Below, one piece after another: positions 1 through 9,209 of a stretch of DNA of 64,000 bases. Position 1 is the first letter of the stretch; each line of letters starts with the position of its first letter. A program made the translations under genes and the position numbers. The DNA lies in contig OZ255842.1 of assembly GCA_965277805.1 (NCBI GenBank), positions 4,448,001 through 4,512,000 of the forward strand, read 5' to 3'. A model generated the notes under the pieces. That model was not told the DNA's origin and searched no databases. It was given only the letters and a program-made list of their open reading frames with translations. Source of the stretch: Candidatus Lustribacter sp. GTDB taxonomy: Bacteria > Vulcanimicrobiota > Vulcanimicrobiia > Vulcanimicrobiales > Vulcanimicrobiaceae.

Positions 1-777
1 GATGTAACTCGGCTCGACGATGACCTTATCCTTATCGACCTCGAGCACTTGCGCCATGATGTCGCGGAGTTTGAACGGACCCTTGTGACTCGAAACGACG
101 TGGAGCACGCCGTCGCCGTCGAACCAGACCAGCGTTGCGCGCGGTTCGAGATAGCCGGCGTGATAGCGCGGCGTCGTAAACGTACGCTCGAAAACGCGAT
201 CGGCTTTGGCGAATGCGGCTTCCGGATCGCCCTTCACGTGGATCTCGTGGCCTTGCATGTTCGGGTGCGGCATCGGCGAGCGCGGCGGTCCGAGGTACTT
301 GAACGTGGCGACGTTCGCGTGCGTGAGCGGCGCATCGGGCTTGATGGCAGCGATCGCGTCGAGTTGCGCCGGCAGTTCCTCGTAGGTGACGTCGAGCTGA
401 GCGGCCCCTTCGATGGCCGCTTCACGCGTCTCGGCTGCGATCGCAGCGACGAATTCGCCGACGAACGTGACCTCGCCGTACGCGAGCACGGGCCAATCGT
501 TGATGAGGTTGCCGAAGCGGCGCTCGCCGACGTCTTGACCCGTGATCACGGCGACCACGCCCGGAACCGCTAACGCCGCAGTTTTGTCGATCGCGACGAT
601 CTTGGCGTGGGGGTAGGGCGACTCGGCGAACGCGGCCCAGAGCATCCCTTCGCGCGACATGTCGGCGGTGTACATCGCCTCACCGCGGACTTTGATGTCG
701 CCGTCGATGCGCTCTTCGTCGCGGCTGAAAAAGGTGCGGATAGCCTGGGCGGCGTCGGTAACCGTGGTCGTAGACAT
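1..777 (-). CDS. Xanthine dehydrogenase/CoxL-family molybdopterin-binding subunit, N-terminal part (runs off the window edge)
   Basis: Not in ORF track. Manual translation from ATG 777 gives MSTTTVTD...RIDGDIKVRGEAMYTAD...SPYPHAKIVAID...VPGVVAVITGQD...HAGYLEPRA...VIVEPSYI, typical Mo-hydroxylase large-subunit motifs. Confidence 0.9.
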   Translation of the reverse strand, partial: MSTTTVTDAAQAIRTFFSRDEERIDGDIKVRGEAMYTADMSREGMLWAAFAESPYPHAKIVAIDKTAALAVPGVVAVITGQDVGERRFGNLINDWPVLAYGEVTFVGEFVAAIAAETREAAIEGAAQLDVTYEELPAQLDAIAAIKPDAPLTHANVATFKYLGPPRSPMPHPNMQGHEIHVKGDPEAAFAKADRVFERTFTTPRYHAGYLEPRATLVWFDGDGVLHVVSSHKGPFKLRDIMAQVLEVDKDKVIVEPSYI

Positions 778-906
778 GGGCCAGAAGCGTTGGCGATATC
801 GGCCATAAATTCCGCGTCCCGGGGCCGGGCGGGTCACCGGAGCGTTATATACGGGGCCCTATAGCCGTCCCGGGGCCCGAGGGGCCGAGCGCGAAATCGC
901 CTACGC

Positions 907-1797
907 GTGGACGACGTAACGCTTATCAACGGCGCGGGCAGTCGCGTTTCGCTGACACCGGTTGGTGCGGCGATGACCGCGATCGTCGTGCCCGATCGCA
1001 ACGGCAACGGCGTGAACGTGTGTGCCGAGGCCGGCGGCAGCGCGGGGAAGATCATCGGGCGTTATGCGAACCGGATTGCGCGCGGATCGTTCGCGCTTGA
1101 CGGCACGACGTACAAGCTCGACACGAACGAAGGCCGGAACACGCTGCACGGCGGTCCCGACGGATTCTCCAAACGGACGTGGGACGTCGCCGACCAATCG
1201 CCCGCCAGCGTGACGTTCGTGCTGCACAGCCCGGACGGTGATCAAGGTTTTCCCGGCGCGGTCAAATGCCGGGTTCGCTATACGTGGTCCGACGACAACG
1301 CCATACGCATCGACTACACGGCGACGACGAGTAAACCGACGGTCGTCAATCTCACCAATCACGTGTACTTCAACCTGAGCGGCGATTCGACCCAACCGAT
1401 TTCGACGTATCGCGTGCAACTAGCCGCCTCCGCGTACACGCCGGTTGACGATGAGTCAATTTCGACCGGTGCGATCGCCCCGGTGGATGCGACGCGCGAT
1501 TTTCGCACCGAACGCGCGGTCGGTACGGAACGTTATGACTGCAATTTCGTGATCGACGGCTGGGACGGTTCGTTGCGCTATGCTGCAACGGTGAGCGATC
1601 CGGCGTCCGGCCGAACGATTGTGCTCGAAACGACGCAGCCCGGAATGCAACTCTTCACCGGGAAACCTGGCGCAATCGCGCTCGAAACACAGCACTTCGC
1701 CGACGCGCCGAACCATCCGAACTTTCCGAGCACGACCTTGCGCCCCGGCGAGACATTTACATCGACGACCGTCTACCGGTTCGGGATCGCTCGCTAA
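907..1797 (+). CDS. galM: Aldose 1-epimerase (galactose mutarotase)
   Basis: GRYANRI, LHGG, NLTNHVYFNL and LETQHFADAPNHPNFP motifs. Confidence 0.92.
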   Translation: MDDVTLINGAGSRVSLTPVGAAMTAIVVPDRNGNGVNVCAEAGGSAGKIIGRYANRIARGSFALDGTTYKLDTNEGRNTLHGGPDGFSKRTWDVADQSPASVTFVLHSPDGDQGFPGAVKCRVRYTWSDDNAIRIDYTATTSKPTVVNLTNHVYFNLSGDSTQPISTYRVQLAASAYTPVDDESISTGAIAPVDATRDFRTERAVGTERYDCNFVIDGWDGSLRYAATVSDPASGRTIVLETTQPGMQLFTGKPGAIALETQHFADAPNHPNFPSTTLRPGETFTSTTVYRFGIAR

Positions 1798-2951
1798 CGG
1801 CGCGCCGGCTTACGCGCGCTCGCCAAACGCGCGCCTTCAACAAGAGCCTCGAATTTCGCCCAGACGATTTGCGGGAGAATCTCCGGCTTTTCACTCGGAT
1901 GCGTCGCAAAGCCGCAGTCGGCGCCGGCGATGACGCTTTCCGCACCGACGACGTCGACAAAGCGCCCGATCCGCTGCGCGACCAGCTCCGGATGCTCGAC
2001 CAAGACCGACGTATGCGTGATGATGCCGGGAATGAGCACCTTTCCCTCGGGCAGCTTCACGTCTTCCCAGACTTGCCATTCGTGTTCGTGCCGCGGATTC
2101 GCCGCCTCGAACGAATACGCGTCGGCCCGAATCTTCAGCATGAGCCGCGCCATGTGCTTCATCTCGAGATCGGTCGTGCGCGGTCCCATGTTGATTCCGT
2201 AACACGTGTGATAGCGCACGCGGTCCGGCGGAATGTCGCGCAGCGCGTGGTTGAGGATCTCCACGCGCGTTTCGCCCCACGCTAAGAACTCATCGATGCT
2301 TGCGTCGGGATTTCGCGTGTAATACGTTGAGAGCGACGGATCGTCGACTTGCAGAATGAATCCGGCATCGACGATCATCTTGTATTCGGCGTGCAATGCT
2401 TCGGCGATCGCGCGCGCGTAGTCGTCCTGCGAGGGATAGTACTCGTTCTTGAACCAGCGCTCGACGTTCGCGGGCGAGGTTGCCGGCATGAACGCTTCGG
2501 CGGCGCCAGGTGTTGCGGCCAACGCGGCTTTGAGGTTATCGATATCGGTCTGGAGCGAAGCCGGCTGATACACGAGCGGACCGCGGCACACCGTCGGCCG
2601 GACGAACGCCATGGCGTAGCTCTTGTAGTACTCGGGATACAGCGAGAACTCGCGCGAGCCGCTGAACGACGACGTCGACGTGCTGGCCTCTTGCGTGACG
2701 AACCCGTCGATGCGCTCGGTGATGTACGCGATGAAGCCGATCTTGGATTCTTCGCCATCGTCGATCACGTCGATTCCGAGTTCGGTCTGTTTGCGAACGA
2801 TGTCGGCGACGCCCTTGCGCACCGTGCGATCGAACACCGCACGGTCGTAGGGTCGGCCCGCTTCTTTCGATTGCAGCAGTTCGATGAGGTCATCGGGACG
2901 CGGCAAACTGCCGACGTGCGTGGTGAGGATGCGATCGGTGCTCGTCTTCAT
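1794..2951 (-). CDS. Cobalamin-independent methionine synthase II family protein (single-barrel MetE-like)
   Basis: TTHVGSLPRP, DGE, Zn ligands HTC...E...DCG. Confidence 0.88.
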   Translation of the reverse strand: MKTSTDRILTTHVGSLPRPDDLIELLQSKEAGRPYDRAVFDRTVRKGVADIVRKQTELGIDVIDDGEESKIGFIAYITERIDGFVTQEASTSTSSFSGSREFSLYPEYYKSYAMAFVRPTVCRGPLVYQPASLQTDIDNLKAALAATPGAAEAFMPATSPANVERWFKNEYYPSQDDYARAIAEALHAEYKMIVDAGFILQVDDPSLSTYYTRNPDASIDEFLAWGETRVEILNHALRDIPPDRVRYHTCYGINMGPRTTDLEMKHMARLMLKIRADAYSFEAANPRHEHEWQVWEDVKLPEGKVLIPGIITHTSVLVEHPELVAQRIGRFVDVVGAESVIAGADCGFATHPSEKPEILPQIVWAKFEALVEGARLASARKPARR

Positions 2952-4501
2952 ACACGTATCTTATCGCCGCACCACGTCAAAAGAGCTTCTTGCAGCGCGC
3001 GTGTTGCCGTCTCCGTTGATTGGCCGGAGCTTGCGGCCCATGCAACGTGGGCGTCGGGGCGAAGCAACAGCGCGTCGGCCTGCCGGTCTTGGGTTTCGGC
3101 GGCAAGCACGTCGATGCGCGGCTGCCATTCGCGCGCGGCCGCGCGGAGATCCGAGCGGCCGGCCAGATCGAGCAAGACGGGCCGTGCGGACTGCATGAGC
3201 GCGGCGACGCTGGTTGTGCCTGCGGCGGTCTGCAGGGCGAGGTTGGGCGCGAACGTGCCCGTCAAGGCGTGGACTCCGTCGGCCGGTGCCGGATAGCGGG
3301 TGTCGGTGCCGGCGATGAATGCACCGATGCGGCGCAAGGGCTGTTCGTCAGCGAGCAGTTCCGTGAACAGCTGCCGCAGCGCGTCGGCGGCCGGGTCGTG
3401 TCCGCGCCGCAGGGCGACTTAAGCGCGCGTGTGGAGCAGCGTGCGTTCGCCGGCGCGATGACGTTCATCGTGGTAAGTGTCGAGCAGACCCGCCGGCGCC
3501 CAGCCATGGATCGCCGCGGCCAGCTTCCAGCCGAGGTTGACGCTATCGATCATGCCGGCGTTGAGCGCGACGCCGGGGGCGGGGAAGAGATGCGCGGCGT
3601 CACCGGCCATGAGGATGCGGCCCTCCCGGTAGCGCTCGACGTGTCGCGCGTGAAACGTGAAGCGCGTGAGCCGGACCGGTTCGCCCAAGGGCAGATCGAC
3701 GCCGAGCACGCGGCGGATGCTCTGTTGGAGCTCGCTCAGCGTCAGCGGTTCGTCGTCGTTGTAGCCGCCGGACTCATCTTCGCTCGTGAAGAGCCCCAAG
3801 AGTCCGGGCTTGGTCGACCCTTGGGCGAAGATGCCGTGCTCGGTCGGCGTGAATCCGAAGGCGATTCTCCCGATTCCGGCGACCTCGATGTCGCCGTTGT
3901 CGAGTGCGGTCACCGAATCGGGCATGGTGACCGAAGCGAGCCGGTTGACCTCGGGATACGTGATGCCGGGGAACGGGATACCGGCCATCTCGCGGACGCA
4001 GCTGTACGCGCCGTCGCAGCCCACGAGAAATCGCGCGGTCACTTGATAGGGTCCGTCGGGGCCGCGCACGTCCGCGGCTACGACGGCGTCATCCTGGCTG
4101 AGCCCGGCGACTTCGTGTCCGCGGCGGATCTCTGCGCCGCGCTCGGCCGCGAGTTCGTCGAGCACGCGCTCGAGTTTCGGTTGGGGAAGATGCAACAGCT
4201 CCATCGCGGGAACGGCGAGCGAGGTGAAGTCCACGTGCAAGCCGCCGAACGGCAATTGCGCCGCTGGGACGGGATGGCTGCTGGCGGCGGCTTCGAAGCG
4301 CCCGAGCACGCCGCGGTAGCGCAACAGGTCCACGATCTGTCCGCTAAGCCCGCCGGCTTTCGCCACGTCGCGAATCTGTGCGTGCCGCTCGAGCACGAGC
4401 GCTCGCACGCCGCACAGGCGCAGTTCGCCCGCCAGCATCAGCCCTGTTGGGCCGGCACCGACCACGATCACATCGGTGTCATAACCGTTTCGTTTAGACA
4501 T
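2948..4501 (-). pseudogene. FAD-dependent aromatic monooxygenase (PheA/TfdB/Rox-like) interrupted by an in-frame TAA at 3419-3421
   Basis: GAGPTG, GCDG and GDAAH motifs. The frame continues HTRA*VALRRGHDPAADALRQLF... into the C-terminal LLRPDAHVAW domain. Confidence 0.85.
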
Positions 4502-4525
4502 AGGCAGCGATTATGCGCCGGCACG

Positions 4526-4546
4526 GGGGGCTTGCCGCAAGCCCCC
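4526..4546. promoter_or_regulatory. Perfect inverted repeat GGGGGCTTGC-C-GCAAGCCCCC in a divergent intergenic region; putative operator
   Basis: Seen directly. Overlaps TTGCCG (4532-4537) upstream of TACAAT (4557-4562). Confidence 0.45.
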
Positions 4547-4593
4547 ACCCGTGCGGTACAATGAGAGTAGAAGAGATTCGCGAAGCGACGCGC

Positions 4594-5421
4594 ATGGCTG
4601 AGATCGTCTGTGCGATCGGCGTGCCGCATACGCCGCAATATCCCGGCTTGGTGAAGCGGGAGGGGCCGGAATGCGAGGTTGCCCGTCTTTTCCGAGCCGT
4701 GCGCGAGCAACTCGAGGCCGTGCAGCCAGACGTGCTGGTCGTGTACGATTCCGATCACGTCAACACGTTCTTCTTCGATAACTGGCCTACGTTTGCGATC
4801 GGCGCCGAAGCAAAGATCGAAGGACCGAACGACGATAATACCGATTTGCCGCACGCCGTGATCCCCGGCGACGAAGCCTTGGGAATGCAGTTGTACTCCG
4901 GCGGCATGGCGGCGGGCTTCGATTTCTCGCTCACGCAGCGGTTCACGATCGATCATTCGATCATGGTGCCGCTGCACTTCATCACGCCGAAATTGAACGT
5001 GCCGATCGTGCCGATCTTCATCAATGGCGTGCAGCCGCCGTTGCCCGCCGCGAAACGGTGCTTCGCGCTCGGCGAAGCAGTGCGTACTGCGATCGAGGCC
5101 TGGCCGCGCAACGTTCGCGTCGCCATCGTTGCAAGCGGCAGCTTTTCGCTCGATGTCGGCGGCGCGATGACGGGGCACGGCAAACGCGCAGGCGTGCCGG
5201 ATCAAATTTGGGTACAACGCGCGGCCACGCTCATGAGTGCGGGCAAGATCAACCAATTGCTCGAGGAAACGACGGCCGATCAGATGGCGCACGCGGGGAA
5301 CGTCGGCGGTGAGATTCTGAATTGGATCGCGCTGCTCGGCACACTCAATGGCCGCAAGCCATCGTTTATGGAGCCGCAAGTTTCCGAAGGTCACGCCTAC
5401 GGCGTTTGGCGCTGGGACTGA
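4594..5421 (+). CDS. LigB-family (class III) extradiol dioxygenase catalytic-type subunit
   Basis: GVPHTP, SDH, DHSIMVPL and EILNW motifs. Start chosen at ATG 4594. Confidence 0.85.
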   Translation: MAEIVCAIGVPHTPQYPGLVKREGPECEVARLFRAVREQLEAVQPDVLVVYDSDHVNTFFFDNWPTFAIGAEAKIEGPNDDNTDLPHAVIPGDEALGMQLYSGGMAAGFDFSLTQRFTIDHSIMVPLHFITPKLNVPIVPIFINGVQPPLPAAKRCFALGEAVRTAIEAWPRNVRVAIVASGSFSLDVGGAMTGHGKRAGVPDQIWVQRAATLMSAGKINQLLEETTADQMAHAGNVGGEILNWIALLGTLNGRKPSFMEPQVSEGHAYGVWRWD

Positions 5422-5423
5422 TC

Positions 5424-5693
5424 GTGAGCAGATACGCCATCAACGAGATTTGCTATCGCTGCGCGCACGACAAGCCGTTTCGCGCCGCTATGCAAGCCGA
5501 TCCGGCAGCCGCCATTGCCGAACTCGATCTGACGGACGAAGAACGGACCGCGGTACTGACCGGCGACGTCGGCACGCTCTATCTTCACGGCGCGAACACC
5601 TACCTGCTCTTTCACTTGCTGCGCTATAAGATCGTGGGCTTGACGCTGGAATCGTATCAGGCGAGTCTCTTCCCCGCTGCGGGGACCGCTTAG
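5424..5693 (+). CDS. LigA-like small subunit of ring-opening dioxygenase
   Basis: SRYAINE...DPAA...LTDEER...GD...L...GAN pattern; starts 2 bp after the ligB-like gene. Confidence 0.75.
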   Translation: MSRYAINEICYRCAHDKPFRAAMQADPAAAIAELDLTDEERTAVLTGDVGTLYLHGANTYLLFHLLRYKIVGLTLESYQASLFPAAGTA

Positions 5694-5695
5694 CC

Positions 5696-6889
5696 GTGGC
5701 CGACGCGACGGTCGACGTGGATCCGATCGATCGCGTCCGCGATCTCGCGCCGCTCATCGAAGCGGCGATCCCGCGCATCGACGCGGAATGCCGGTTGCCG
5801 CCCGAATTGCACGCCGCGTTACGCGACGCGGGCATGTACCGTTTACTGGTGCCGCGTTCGTGCGGCGGCGGCGAAGTCGACCTGATGACGTACGCAGCAG
5901 TCCTCGAGGCGCTGGCGATGATCGACGCGAGCACGGCGTGGGTGATCGGTCAGCTGAACGGCTGCGGCATGTCGGCTGCCTACGTCGCGCCCGACGTTGC
6001 GCGCGAGATCTTCGATGCGCCCGAAGGCATTCTCGCCTGGGGCCCGGCGCTGCCGGATACGACCGCGCGCGGCGACGTAGTCGAGGGCGGTTATCGCGTC
6101 ACGGCGAGCTGGCAGTTCGCCAGCGGCAGCCGGCAAGCGAGTTGGCTCGGCGGCAGCGTTCCCGTCTTCGAAGCCGACGGTTCGCCGCGAAAGGCGCCGA
6201 ACGGCCGAACCGAATCGCGCATGATGCTCTTCCCGAAGTCGAGCGCTGCGATCACCGACGTCTGGAGCGTGATCGGCTTGCGCGGAACGGGTAGCGACCA
6301 GTACGCGGTGACCGAGCTGTTCGTCCCGGCGTGCCGCACCTTCATCCGCGAGCGCGTCGCAACGCGCGAGCCGGGTCCGCTCTATCGCGTGTCGACGATT
6401 TATTCGCACGCCGTTGCGTTCGCGGCGGTCGCGCTCGGTGTCGCGCGCGCGACCCTCGATGCCTTCGTGGAACTGGCCAAAACGAAACAGCCTCGGCGCG
6501 GCGGGGGCGCCGGCGGTGGCCTGCGCGACAACAACGCCGTGCAGGCGCGCGTGGGCGAGGCCGAAGCACGGTTGCGCGCGGCGCGAGCGTATCTATTTGC
6601 TGCGACCGAACGCGGCTACCGCGAAGCAGAGACCATGACGGCCGGACAGATCGGTGTTGAATCGCGTATCGATATGCGCGCGGCGTCGACGTTCGCGATC
6701 GGTGCCGCCGAAGAGGTCGTCGATATCGCATACCGGATGGCGGGCTCGACCGCAATTTTCGACGCCCAGCCGTTCGAGCGCCGGCTGCGCGACATGCACG
6801 CGGTCACGCAGCAGGCCCAAGCCCATCTTTCAAACTACGAATCGGTCGGCCAGTACCGGCTCGACGTGCCGATGACGTTGATGATCTAA
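5696..6889 (+). CDS. Acyl-CoA dehydrogenase-fold flavin-dependent monooxygenase (HsaA/C2-HpaH-like)
   Basis: DASTAW, WQFASG, WSVIGLRGTGSD and ERRLRDMHAVTQ motifs. Confidence 0.85.
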   Translation: MADATVDVDPIDRVRDLAPLIEAAIPRIDAECRLPPELHAALRDAGMYRLLVPRSCGGGEVDLMTYAAVLEALAMIDASTAWVIGQLNGCGMSAAYVAPDVAREIFDAPEGILAWGPALPDTTARGDVVEGGYRVTASWQFASGSRQASWLGGSVPVFEADGSPRKAPNGRTESRMMLFPKSSAAITDVWSVIGLRGTGSDQYAVTELFVPACRTFIRERVATREPGPLYRVSTIYSHAVAFAAVALGVARATLDAFVELAKTKQPRRGGGAGGGLRDNNAVQARVGEAEARLRAARAYLFAATERGYREAETMTAGQIGVESRIDMRAASTFAIGAAEEVVDIAYRMAGSTAIFDAQPFERRLRDMHAVTQQAQAHLSNYESVGQYRLDVPMTLMI

Positions 6890-6891
6890 AC

Positions 6892-8067
6892 TTATTTGAC
6901 CGGCAAGGCGGCGCCGCCCATCTTGCTGACCGCGACGACCGCGTTACGCGCTGCGTCCCAGCGCACGATGATCAGGCTGTTCTCCGTAAGACCGCGCTGA
7001 GGCATTACGCGAAAATCGTACGGTCCGTTTACGCCGACCCAACCGCGCAAGTTGTCGAGATAATCGCGGAGCTGCGTCGCGGTCATGCCGGTACCAAACT
7101 TGCGCAGCGCCGAAACGATGAGCATGGCCGGATCCCACGCAGCGATGCCGACCATATCCGGCTTTGCGCCCACGGAGGCCAGTTCGGTGTTGATCACGCC
7201 AATCGCGTCGCGGGTGGCCCGGCTGTTCGCGTCGCCCGCATAATACGGCACGCTCGCGAAGTACACGCCGGAAGCGGGAAAGAGCGACCCGTACTGCTTG
7301 ATGAAGCTCGCGGTGAGGTTGCCGGTCGACGTATACGTCGGCAAGTCGATCCCGGCATCGCGTTCGGCGCGGAAGAGCGTGCCCGCCGGCGCGCCGGTGC
7401 CCCACGCGATCAGCACGTCGGGGTTCGTCGTTTTGATGCGCGCAAGTTGCGCCGAGACGCTTAGATCCTGGGGCGCATAATGCTCGCGCGCGACGATCTG
7501 CATGTCCTTGTTTTCGGGAAGCGCGGCGCCGGCGAGAATCGTCCGTTCGGCATCCTGTCCGCCGCCGTCGGTTGAGACCAGGTAGGCGACTTTGTGCCAA
7601 CCGCGGTCGCGAAAAAAGCGCCACGTCACTGCAAATGTCGGGTCGTACGGATGGGTGTAGAACTGGTAGCTTCCGGCGGGCGGCGAGCCGGCTTGCGCGA
7701 TGCAATACTGCACCGGCCCGTTCTTGATCAGCGGCAGCACCGCCGCGCAACTCTGCGGGCTGGACGGCCCGAAGATGACCGGTACGTTCTTCGCGATCAG
7801 GCTCTGCGTGAGCAGCACCGACGTCTTGGGATCGTTGCCGTCATCGAGAATATTGAACGAAATCGGCCGGCCATTGATGCCGCCGGTACGGTTGACGTAG
7901 GCCTCGAGCGCTTTGATCGCTTGAAGTTCGGTCTGGCCCACGAACGCGATGTTTCCGGTGAGAGGCAAGATGCCGTCGATCTCATAGGGATCGGCAGCGG
8001 GAGCCTGGGCAGGGGCGGTCATTGCGAGCAGTGTCGCGGCAAGAACGGCGGTGGCAAAGCGTTTCAT
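6892..8067 (-). CDS. Branched-chain-amino-acid-type (LivJ/PBP1) ABC substrate-binding protein
   Basis: Signal peptide MKRFATAVLAA; PLTG, GGINGRPI and LDDG motifs. Confidence 0.85.
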   Translation of the reverse strand: MKRFATAVLAATLLAMTAPAQAPAADPYEIDGILPLTGNIAFVGQTELQAIKALEAYVNRTGGINGRPISFNILDDGNDPKTSVLLTQSLIAKNVPVIFGPSSPQSCAAVLPLIKNGPVQYCIAQAGSPPAGSYQFYTHPYDPTFAVTWRFFRDRGWHKVAYLVSTDGGGQDAERTILAGAALPENKDMQIVAREHYAPQDLSVSAQLARIKTTNPDVLIAWGTGAPAGTLFRAERDAGIDLPTYTSTGNLTASFIKQYGSLFPASGVYFASVPYYAGDANSRATRDAIGVINTELASVGAKPDMVGIAAWDPAMLIVSALRKFGTGMTATQLRDYLDNLRGWVGVNGPYDFRVMPQRGLTENSLIIVRWDAARNAVVAVSKMGGAALPVK

Positions 8068-8152
8068 GCGCGGTACTCCGTCAACGTGGAAGCGACAGGT
8101 GACCGGTTTCTGCGCCGCTGAAGAGGCGAACGCCTTCGCATGGACACCGTTT

Positions 8153-8674
8153 ATGAAATTCGATGAATCTCTGACTCTGGAGCGCGTCTCGGCCGACTTC
8201 GTGGGTGCGTTCGTTGTGATGCGCGACGCTTTCACCGCGGCCGGCGAAGATGAGTGGACCGGCGGCGCGGTCATCGCGCACACGGATCCCGCCGGCTATC
8301 TCGAGACGCTCCGGAGCTGGAGCGATGGGAAGAACTTGCCCCCGAACTGGTGTCCGGCTGACTGCTACCTGATCTTCTCGGGGGATGACGTCATTGGCCA
8401 AATCGACATCCGTCATCCGCTCACCGAGCATCTTACGCAATATGGCGGCCATATCGGTTACCACGTTCATCCAGGCTACCGGAATCGTGGTGTTGCGACG
8501 TGGGCGCTGCGGGCTGCGCTGGAATTAATCGCGGCCAAAGGCGTTACCGAAGCGCTGGTGACCTGCGCGCACGATAACACGGCCTCGATCCGCGTCATCG
8601 AAAAGTGCGGCGGCGTGCGAACGACCGACAGCATGCGCCGCCGGTACCTCATCCCAACCGCGAACGGATCCTAG
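8153..8674 (+). CDS. GNAT family N-acetyltransferase
   Basis: GGHIGYHVHPGYRNRGVA and NTASIRVIEKCGG motifs. Confidence 0.85.
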   Translation: MKFDESLTLERVSADFVGAFVVMRDAFTAAGEDEWTGGAVIAHTDPAGYLETLRSWSDGKNLPPNWCPADCYLIFSGDDVIGQIDIRHPLTEHLTQYGGHIGYHVHPGYRNRGVATWALRAALELIAAKGVTEALVTCAHDNTASIRVIEKCGGVRTTDSMRRRYLIPTANGS

Positions 8675-8675
8675 C

Positions 8676-9173
8676 GTGCAACGTATAGCCGGCCCTCGCC
8701 TGACGCTAGATCCCCTCGTTGAAGCGCACGCGGATGAACTCTTTGCGCAGATCAGCGATCCGCAAGCTCTGCTCTATATCGACAACCCTCCGCCGCCGAC
8801 CGTCGCTGGGCTACGCGCATATTATCGCCGGCTGGAATCGCGTCGCTCGCCCGATGGGACCGAGGGGTGCTTGAATTGGGCCGTCATGCTCGATGGGCAC
8901 GCCATCGGCTTTGTTCAGGCGACCGTAAAAACGGACGGATATATTACGCTGGCCTATGGTCTTGGCCGTTCTCATTGGGCTCGGGGCTACGCGACGGAAG
9001 CAGTCCGGCTCATGACCGGCTTCCTGGCGTCGCATTTTCCTGGTGCAGCGTTCGAGGCGACGGTCGATGAACGGAACGTCGCTTCTCGCCGTCTTCTGGA
9101 ACGTATTGGCCTCGAAATCACCGACCGCAGTGATTCGCGCAATATTCGCCTCGAAGGTCGCCGTTTGCAGTAG
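8676..9173 (+). CDS. RimJ/RimL-type GNAT acetyltransferase
   Basis: WARGYATEA and NVASRRLLERIG motifs. Confidence 0.85.
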   Translation: MQRIAGPRLTLDPLVEAHADELFAQISDPQALLYIDNPPPPTVAGLRAYYRRLESRRSPDGTEGCLNWAVMLDGHAIGFVQATVKTDGYITLAYGLGRSHWARGYATEAVRLMTGFLASHFPGAAFEATVDERNVASRRLLERIGLEITDRSDSRNIRLEGRRLQ

Positions 9174-9209
9174 CCCGGAGTAAGCCTGCGCTCGGGGTGA
9201 GCGCGAAGG

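Noticed and set aside
49-864. Track ORFs on both strands at the window start
   Set aside because: The region is explained by the minus-strand Mo-hydroxylase gene that runs off the edge.
815-877. Direct repeat CGTCCCGGGGCC twice in the divergent intergenic region
   Set aside because: Short and GC-rich; could be an operator but too weak to call.
3419-3421. TAA as a recoded (Gln) codon or programmed readthrough
   Set aside because: TAA terminates many intact genes in this window, so a single nonsense change or error is simpler.
3020-4564. 514-aa + strand ORF, and similar long antisense ORFs such as 2349..3296, 8811..10025 and 59295..60266
   Set aside because: Shadow ORFs opposite well-supported genes, expected in high-GC DNA; no motifs.
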